Of a DNA stretch of 32,000 bases, positions 25,527 to 32,000 are shown piece by piece. The notes beneath the pieces were generated by a model. It saw only the letters and a list, made by a program, of their open reading frames with translations. It was not told the DNA's origin and did no database searches. Source of the DNA: Methanomethylovorans hollandica DSM 15978 (GTDB lineage: Archaea > Halobacteriota > Methanosarcinia > Methanosarcinales > Methanosarcinaceae); the NCBI RefSeq assembly GCF_000328665.1, contig NC_019977.1:1510011-1542010 (forward strand), read 5' to 3'. The position numbers were made by a program, and so were the translations under genes. The stretch's first letter is position 1, and the number at the start of each line of letters is the position of its first letter.

Positions 25527-28500
25527 ATGTTAAAGGAGATCACAGGTCAATACAACGCAGGCGATATCGAATCCAAGATACATGTTTTCTGGGATGAGAT
25601 CGATGCTTACTCAAAGGTACGCCAGCTCAGAAAGGGTGCAAAGCGTTTCTTTTTCGTGGACGGTCCACCATATACCACCGGCCACATACACCTAGGTACT
25701 GCATGGAATAAGATAATCAAGGATTCCATACTCAGGTACCGTTCAATGAACGATTATCATGTACTTGACCGTGCCGGGTGGGACATGCATGGGCTTCCCA
25801 TAGAGGTAAAAGTGGAGGGGGTCCTTGGTTTTACGTCCAAGAAAGATATTGAGAAGTATGGCGTCGGTAATTTCATAGAAAAATGCAAGGAATTTGCCTT
25901 ATTGCAGAAAGACGATATGACCCGCCAGTTCTACTCCCTGGGAGTATGGCTCAACTGGAAAGACCCGTATATGACACTGAGGGACGAGTATATCGAAGCT
26001 GCATGGTGGACTCTGAAGCAGGCTCAACAAAAGGACCTGCTCGAAGAGGGAAAAAGAGTGGTCAACTGGTGTCCCAGATGTGAAACCGCAATAGCGGATT
26101 CTGAAGTTGAATATGAGGAGCGTATAGATCCTTCTATCTATGTGAAGTTCCGGCTGAAGAATGAACCAGGTACATCGATAGTTATCTGGACCACAACTCC
26201 CTGGACCATACCATCCAATATTGCAGTGGCAGTGCAACCTTCATTTGAGTATTCAAAGGTAAAGGCTGTTACATCTTCCGGCGAAAGTGAGATCCTTATC
26301 ATGGCCTCCTCGCTGGTCAAAGATGTGCTCAAAAAAGGCAGATATGCTGATTTCGAGATACTGGATACCATGCTGGGTGAAGACCTTACGACACTGGAAT
26401 ATGAACACCCGCTTGCAGACCAGATCCCCAAGCAGGCGCGTTTCAAGCATAATGTATATCTTGCAGATTTCGTAACAGCCGAGAACACGGGCTGTGTTCA
26501 TATAGCTCCCGGGCATGGTATGGATGACTTTGAAGTAGGTATGAAACACGGACTTCCCATTTTCTGTCCGGTTGGGCCAGATGGCAGGTATACGGAAGAA
26601 GCTGGTGAATATACTGATATGCACATCAGGGAAGCTAATAAAGTTGTTGTGGAAAACCTCAAGGAAAGAGGTCTTCTGCTTGCAGAAGGTAGTATTTCCC
26701 ACCGTTATGGACACTGCTGGAGATGTAAAACACCGATCATCTATCTTGCTACCCGCCAGTGGTTCCTGAAGATCTCGGAATTAAAGGAGCAGATGCTTTC
26801 AGAGATAGATAAGGTTGTCTGGTATCCGGAATGGGCAGGCTCAGCACGTTTCAGGGACTGGGTAGAAGGTGCAAGGGACTGGTGTATCTCAAGGCAGCGT
26901 TATTGGGGAATACCTATCCCGGTCTGGCGTTGTACAGAATGTGAACTTATAGATGTCATAGGCACCAAGCAGGAACTCCTTGAGAAGTCGGGTATGACAG
27001 AAGGGATAGAGCTGCACAGGCCCTATGTGGATTCCGTGACCCTTACATGCGAATGCGGCGGAAAGATGCGCCGTGTGGAGGATGTGTTCGATGTATGGTT
27101 CGATTCAGCTGTTGCTTCCTGGGCCACATTGAACTTCCCACATCAAAAGGACGAGCTTGAAAAATGGTGGCCTGCAGATTTCATCACCGAAGGTCATGAC
27201 CAGACCAGAGGATGGTTCTATTCGCAGTTAGGCGCCAGCATGGTGGCCTTTGGCAAGGCGCCTTATAAGAGTGTGCTCATGCATGGTTTCACTCTGGATG
27301 TGGAAGGCAAGAAAATGTCCAAGAGCCTTGGCAATGTCGTGCATCCTTCGGAAGTTATCGGGAAGTTCGGTGCCGATACTTTGCGTGCTTACGTTTTATC
27401 ATCCAGTGCACCCTGGGAAGACCTGAAGTTCAGCAAGGATGAGATAGCCAATATCCATCGGACGATCAATATTCTGTGGAACGTCTACCGTTTCCCCTTG
27501 CCCTATATGGCGCTGGATGCCTTTGATCCTTCTCAGGTATCACTGGAATCGGTGAAGCCACATATGCGCAGTGAGGACAGGTGGATACTTTCAAGGATGC
27601 AGTCTGTGATAAAATCAGTGGATTCTGCCATGGAGACATGTATGCTCCATAAGGCCATAAGGGCCATCAATGACTTTGTGCTTGAGGACCTTTCCCGCTG
27701 GTATATACAGCTTATAAGACCCAGGACATGGGTCGAGGCCAATGATCCGGACAAGATAGCCGTGTACAGGGTACTGTATGAGGTATTCACGACCATTACA
27801 AAAGTTATAGCTCCTTTCATGCCCCATCTTGCCGAAGAAATGTACCAGAACCTGGTATGCAATGTCTACAGTGACGCGCCTGAATCTGTACATATGAACG
27901 ATTGGCCTGTACCTAATGAATCCCTTATAGATATGGACCTTGAACAGCAGATGAAACTTGCACGCTCCATTGTAGAGGCAGCTTCCAATGCCCGTCAGAA
28001 GGTCGGGCGTAAACTGAGATGGCCTGTGGGCAGGATAGTTTTGACCCCTCAGAATGAAACAGCGGTTTCAGCTGTCAATAATCTCAAAGAAGTGCTGATG
28101 GATCAGACCAATTCCAAGGATATTGTACTGACAGAAATTGGTGGTTCCTGGGATAAACTCGGGCTGAGTGCCGTACCCAACCCTGGTGCTATAGGACCGG
28201 TTTTCAAAGGCGATGCTGGAAAGGTCATAGCTGCTTTAAAAGAGATAGATGTCATTACATTGAAGAATAAACTTGCCTGCACTGAAGGGTACGAATTACA
28301 ACTTGCTGACGGCAATATTGTGACGATAGCTCCGGATATGGTCAATTTCCAGGAAACACTGCCTGACCTGATTGCAAGTGCTTCATCATCTGCAGGTATT
28401 GTATATGTGGATGCAAAGCTTACAAGGGAATTGGAAGCAGAGGGTTATTCCAGAGAGGTCATTCGCCGGGTTCAGGATATGCGAAAGGAAATGGACCTTG

Positions 28501-28703
28501 CAGTGGAAGAGAACATCAAGGTCATTATCTGTATCGATGACGAGAGGGTGGTGGACCTGGTGCTAGATCTGGAACAATTGATAGCCAGCGAAGTGCGTGC
28601 AGATGTGCAGATCATAGGCTTTGATGTTGAGGTTAACGGAGACCTGGTCAAGGACTGGGATGTGGAAGGGATAGCAATGCACATTGGAATAGCCAGAAGC
28701 TGA
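25527..28703 (+). CDS. ileS: Isoleucine--tRNA ligase
   Basis: 1058 aa. The motifs are a HIGH-type [16 protein letters not shown], a KMSKS-type KKMSKSLGN, a CP1 editing region and Zn-type CPRC / CWRC pairs. GGAGA lies 6 nt before the ATG. Confidence 0.97.
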   Translation: MLKEITGQYNAGDIESKIHVFWDEIDAYSKVRQLRKGAKRFFFVDGPPYTTGHIHLGTAWNKIIKDSILRYRSMNDYHVLDRAGWDMHGLPIEVKVEGVLGFTSKKDIEKYGVGNFIEKCKEFALLQKDDMTRQFYSLGVWLNWKDPYMTLRDEYIEAAWWTLKQAQQKDLLEEGKRVVNWCPRCETAIADSEVEYEERIDPSIYVKFRLKNEPGTSIVIWTTTPWTIPSNIAVAVQPSFEYSKVKAVTSSGESEILIMASSLVKDVLKKGRYADFEILDTMLGEDLTTLEYEHPLADQIPKQARFKHNVYLADFVTAENTGCVHIAPGHGMDDFEVGMKHGLPIFCPVGPDGRYTEEAGEYTDMHIREANKVVVENLKERGLLLAEGSISHRYGHCWRCKTPIIYLATRQWFLKISELKEQMLSEIDKVVWYPEWAGSARFRDWVEGARDWCISRQRYWGIPIPVWRCTECELIDVIGTKQELLEKSGMTEGIELHRPYVDSVTLTCECGGKMRRVEDVFDVWFDSAVASWATLNFPHQKDELEKWWPADFITEGHDQTRGWFYSQLGASMVAFGKAPYKSVLMHGFTLDVEGKKMSKSLGNVVHPSEVIGKFGADTLRAYVLSSSAPWEDLKFSKDEIANIHRTINILWNVYRFPLPYMALDAFDPSQVSLESVKPHMRSEDRWILSRMQSVIKSVDSAMETCMLHKAIRAINDFVLEDLSRWYIQLIRPRTWVEANDPDKIAVYRVLYEVFTTITKVIAPFMPHLAEEMYQNLVCNVYSDAPESVHMNDWPVPNESLIDMDLEQQMKLARSIVEAASNARQKVGRKLRWPVGRIVLTPQNETAVSAVNNLKEVLMDQTNSKDIVLTEIGGSWDKLGLSAVPNPGAIGPVFKGDAGKVIAALKEIDVITLKNKLACTEGYELQLADGNIVTIAPDMVNFQETLPDLIASASSSAGIVYVDAKLTRELEAEGYSREVIRRVQDMRKEMDLAVEENIKVIICIDDERVVDLVLDLEQLIASEVRADVQIIGFDVEVNGDLVKDWDVEGIAMHIGIARS

Positions 28704-28725
28704 GAGATTTAAGGAAAGACTATGC

Positions 28726-29361
28726 ATGGACTTCACATCCTGGCAACCTGTATACGAGGAAATACTTCAGGATCTTGGCTTTAGCCGGGCAGAGGATGAG
28801 CGTGCAGCTCTCCTCCTTTCACATCTGCTTGAAGGAAAGATCTCACCTGGACTGGGTGCTCTTAAGGGGGCAATATCCGGAAAGCATGTCCTTGTTTGTG
28901 GTAATGGCCCGAACCTCGCCGAGGATCTTGGAAGGCTGGACCTTGAACGATATGTGGTGATCGCAGCTGACGGTGCAACGACAATTGTAATGGATACGGG
29001 CAGAATACCGGATATTATAGTCACGGACCTGGACGGGGACGTAGAGCGTGAGATAGAAGCTTCAGAACAAGGTTCTCTTGTGGTAGTTCATGCTCATGGA
29101 GACAATATGAGCAAACTACTCAGGTATGTTCCACAGCTTACGAATATTATCGGGTCCACACAGGCTGTTCCCCTTCAAAATGTTTTCAACTTTGGTGGCT
29201 TTACGGATGGGGACCGGGCTGTGCATGTGGCCATTGAGTTTGGTGCAGAAACGATCAAACTTGCAGGTTTCTTTTTTGATGATCCAGTGGTATCACCGGC
29301 AAAAAGCAAAAAATTGAAATGGGCCCGCAGACTTATTTCCTCATTAGGGGTCGAGTCTTAA
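28726..29361 (+). CDS. mptE: 6-hydroxymethyl-7,8-dihydropterin pyrophosphokinase, archaeal MptE type (DUF115)
   Basis: The blocks VLVCGNGPNL, AADGATT......IPDIIVTDLDGD and VVVHAHGDN match the MptE/DUF115 family as I recall it. Confidence 0.75.
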   Translation: MDFTSWQPVYEEILQDLGFSRAEDERAALLLSHLLEGKISPGLGALKGAISGKHVLVCGNGPNLAEDLGRLDLERYVVIAADGATTIVMDTGRIPDIIVTDLDGDVEREIEASEQGSLVVVHAHGDNMSKLLRYVPQLTNIIGSTQAVPLQNVFNFGGFTDGDRAVHVAIEFGAETIKLAGFFFDDPVVSPAKSKKLKWARRLISSLGVES

Positions 29362-29434
29362 GGAGGCTGTTCTATGATGACGATTTTCATGAGAACTTAT
29401 TTATATTTTGTTACTCAATTAGCAATAAGGTTTC

Positions 29435-30520
29435 ATGGATACACTTGTCATCTGTATAGACCGGGATAATGACCTGGGCGAAAAGGCAAAGGTCTCAAGC
29501 CCGATTATAGGAAGAGAGGAAAATATCAAAGCAGCTGTTGCTTTGTCTATAGCGGACCCGGAAGATTCGGATTCTAATACCATTTTCGGCGGCGTGAAAG
29601 TGCTGGATGAGCTACGTGCCAAAGGACTGGATGCTGAGCTTATTACCTTTGCTGGTGATAAAAAAGTTGGTCTCACTTCTGACCAGAAGATTTCGCAGCA
29701 ACTTGATGATGTCCTTGCTAAATATCACGCTTCTAATGCCATTTTCATTTCCGATGGGGCTGAAGATGAAACATTGCTGCCCATAGTCCAGTCCAGGATC
29801 AAGATCAACTCCGTGAAACGTATAGTGATCATGCAAAGCTCGAACCTTGAAAGTACTTATTATATTCTGAAGCATGCTTTTAATGATCCCAAGATCTCTC
29901 AAACCTTCTTTGTTCCGGTTGGGCTGGCAGCTCTTATATATTCCATCTTTCTGTTAGCAAGTTATCCGGAAGGAGCTATAATAGGCATTCTTGCTGCAGT
30001 GGGTCTCTACATGCTATACCGTGGATTCGGTGATACGGTCACCGTTATTTGGAACAAGATAAAAGATGATTTTCATATGGGCAGATTGGTCATTGTAACC
30101 CATACTGCAGCTTTAATGGTGATCGTTGTCGCTTTTGTGCAGGGAATTGTCAGTGTATGGCAATATTATACTCAAGCAGGGATCTGGTATCATGGATTGG
30201 TGCCACTGACCACTGTCTTCATACATAGTTCCGTATGGTGGCTTGTATTAGCTGCGATCATTGTTAATTTTGGTCGTATGATGAATATGTACTTGCATGG
30301 GAAGTTTAGCTTGAGGCAGATATCATCCTCGTTCTACGCTTTTTCTTTTGGGATCCTATTCTGGGGAGCGACCACATATATACTGGCCTTCGATCCTACT
30401 ATTGAAGGCTTCCAGCCTTCCATCGTTTCAGGACTGCAATATTTCATTTATTCCATAGTCATAGCTATAGTCATAGCTCTTGCAGGTATCAGGATCTCCG
30501 CCAGTCCGATCAGGAAGTGA
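29435..30520 (+). CDS. Archaeal integral membrane protein with an N-terminal soluble domain (DUF373-like)
   Basis: The N-terminus is MDTLVICIDRDNDLGEKA. About 7 hydrophobic helices occupy the C-terminal half. The TATA-like TTTATATT (29400-29407) is placed for a near-leaderless transcript. Confidence 0.75.
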   Translation: MDTLVICIDRDNDLGEKAKVSSPIIGREENIKAAVALSIADPEDSDSNTIFGGVKVLDELRAKGLDAELITFAGDKKVGLTSDQKISQQLDDVLAKYHASNAIFISDGAEDETLLPIVQSRIKINSVKRIVIMQSSNLESTYYILKHAFNDPKISQTFFVPVGLAALIYSIFLLASYPEGAIIGILAAVGLYMLYRGFGDTVTVIWNKIKDDFHMGRLVIVTHTAALMVIVVAFVQGIVSVWQYYTQAGIWYHGLVPLTTVFIHSSVWWLVLAAIIVNFGRMMNMYLHGKFSLRQISSSFYAFSFGILFWGATTYILAFDPTIEGFQPSIVSGLQYFIYSIVIAIVIALAGIRISASPIRK

Positions 30521-30524
30521 AAGG

Positions 30525-31328
30525 ATGGACATAAGCAAACAGCACGATGAGTGCATAGCCAATATGCATATATCTTTTGCAGTTATCGGCGGGGTGGGTT
30601 TTTCTCGCCTTGCAAACCAGTCACAAATGACACTTCATACTGAATATGGTGCTGTCGTGGCATTCATCTCTAAAATGGGAGACAACAATGTATTGTTCAT
30701 TCCAAGGCATGCAGGGGACAGTGGGCATGTGCCCCCCCATAAGATCAATTATCGTGCTATTATAATGGCAATAAAGCAATTAGGAATTACCAGGGTCATA
30801 TCTATCAACTCTGTGGGTACGATGCAAGGACATCCCATCGGAAGTATAGCAATTCCTTGTGATTTTGTGGACTTCACCCACGGGCGCCCTTCTACCTTCT
30901 TTGAAAATGAGACGGTACATGCAGACATGTCAGATCCTTACTGCCCCCAGCTGTGCTCCCTGATAAGGTCCATACTTAATGAAAAAGGGATTCAGACAGA
31001 CGATGTGGTATATGCCTGTACTGAAGGGCCCAGGTTCGAGACCAAGGCTGAGATCCGCATGTTGAGCAATTTTGCTGATGTTGTGGGCATGACAGGTGTC
31101 CCTGAAGTTATACTTGCTAAAGAAATGCAGCTATGTTATGCATCTGTGTGTCTGATCACAAACATGGCGGCTGGGATTGAGAGTTCCAGACCAACAGCAA
31201 CCGAGGTACTGGATGTGCTGACTTCCAGAAAAGACCTCATTTTTGAGCTGTTGCATTCCATTGCATCACGCATGCCCATAGAACGGGAATGCCAGTGTAA
31301 TTATGCGATAGACGATGGAATTCTTTGA
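30525..31328 (+). CDS. mtnP: S-methyl-5'-thioadenosine (or thioinosine) phosphorylase, PNP/MTAP family
   Basis: The blocks are AVIGGVGF, FIPRHAGDSGHVPPHKINYRA, INSVGT, TEGPRFET.AE and VGMTGVPE. ATG 30525 is preferred over the upstream TTG 30480, which overlaps the previous gene. Confidence 0.85.
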   Translation: MDISKQHDECIANMHISFAVIGGVGFSRLANQSQMTLHTEYGAVVAFISKMGDNNVLFIPRHAGDSGHVPPHKINYRAIIMAIKQLGITRVISINSVGTMQGHPIGSIAIPCDFVDFTHGRPSTFFENETVHADMSDPYCPQLCSLIRSILNEKGIQTDDVVYACTEGPRFETKAEIRMLSNFADVVGMTGVPEVILAKEMQLCYASVCLITNMAAGIESSRPTATEVLDVLTSRKDLIFELLHSIASRMPIERECQCNYAIDDGIL

Positions 31329-31357
31329 CCTGGGTACTCATGCTGTGTCCTTCATCT

Positions 31358-31660
31358 TTATGCCATGTCCTTCGAAGTGTCGATCCGGACACCATCACAT
31401 ATCTTGAACTTGATCACTTCCAAAGTCGGCAACATGCCTCGCATCTTAGGGATAGCAAGCTTATTTACCATCTTATCGGCACCCATGTCAAGAGATATCT
31501 CAAAGATAACATCTGCAGAAATAAGGATATCGTTCTCTATATGCTTAGGATGACTGCCTTTGAGACCATAGAGATATGTAAGAGTGCCTGTTTCCTTGCT
31601 TACCTCGTATATGATGTGCATCAGCCTTCTAAGCACTCTCGGATTTATATCCAGATTCAT
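31358..31660 (-). pseudogene. C-terminal fragment of a RecA-superfamily KaiC/FlaH-like ATPase (Walker A half missing)
   Basis: LVFDNFSFF (a Walker-B-like strand, just upstream of the ATG in the open frame) and LAIPKMRGMLPTLEVIKFKICDGVRID match the KaiC-like C-terminal pattern. The frame is open only back to 31774, which limits it to 138 codons. No P-loop-encoding sequence appears in any frame up to 32000. Confidence 0.55.
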
Positions 31661-32000
31661 AAAAAAGGAGAAATTGTCAAAAACAAGGTTTATATTTCCC
31701 TGCTGGTTGTCTGCTGTATTTCTGCAGACTTGAACGACCCTGGCATGACACTTTCCCTCTTGAAATTGAAGATATTATGACACTTGAATTCTTTATTACT
31801 AATTGATTATATTTTAATTTATATCTATTGATTGTAACACATATAATGTTTTCCAGAGAATGATGAGCAAGCATACATTACTTATACCTTCTCTCCAATT
31901 CAGCTGCATAATGAGCTTATGGATCCTCATAAACCCCGAAAATGCTAAATTATTGGTAATGGTCATAAAGGGCGGCAGAAAAATGCCTCTTTTCACCGGG

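Noticed and set aside
25412-25597. 61-aa plus-strand ORF overlapping the ileS start.
   Set aside because: It runs through the ileS promoter and SD region in another frame. The ileS start is well supported.
31325-31780. 151-aa plus-strand ORF starting at the mtnP stop.
   Set aside because: It is antisense to the KaiC-like fragment, whose residues match a known fold pattern. The plus-frame translation is Cys/Leu/His-rich with no similarity.
1-32000. In-frame TAG (pyrrolysine) read-through, tRNA/rRNA genes, IS elements or integrases.
   Set aside because: No methylamine methyltransferase-like genes or split ORFs joined by TAG were noticed. No cloverleaf-like GC-rich ~75-nt islands or rRNA-like segments were seen in the intergenic regions. 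No transposase or integrase motifs appear in any listed ORF.

Overview
This 32-kb window looks like a mostly housekeeping chromosomal segment of a methanogenic archaeon, probably Methanosarcinales-type. The taxon call is inferred from gene content and moderately AT-rich composition. Recognisable genes are ribosomal protein S6e, methenyl-H4MPT cyclohydrolase (Mch), MptE, Trm1, Trm5, IleRS, adenine deaminase and MTAP. There is also a tightly overlapping late-cobamide (nucleotide-loop assembly) operon: cobD-like, cobD, cbiB, cobZ-like, cobS, cobY and one orphan ORF. I count about 29 credible protein genes and 2-3 gene remnants. I saw no rRNA or tRNA genes, CRISPR arrays, transposases, integrases or recognisable defence modules. 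Three parts look accessory. The first is 0.45-6.4 kb, which holds decayed fragments, an APH-like kinase overlapping a HAD-fold gene, a ferredoxin-nitroreductase fusion and a histidine-kinase fragment. The second is a 4.3-kb surface-protein gene built from a beta-helix plus three ~290-aa PKD+DNRLRE modules. The third is the 3' end, with a RecA/KaiC-like fragment and an AT-rich non-coding stretch. I did not find a convincing self-contained novel multi-gene system. The strongest observation is a tandem pair of CobD-type genes. The upstream, fully intact copy has lost the PLP Schiff-base lysine (SLTK to SIAH) and the PLP-phosphate arginine, but keeps the 8-Cys C-terminal domain. Secondary leads are the orphan ORF closing the cobamide operon, patchy near-identity between the intragenic repeats of the surface protein, a copper-ligand-less cupredoxin-like lipoprotein, and several small candidate regulatory repeats and micro-ORFs. 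All family assignments come from motif recognition by eye; no database search was run.
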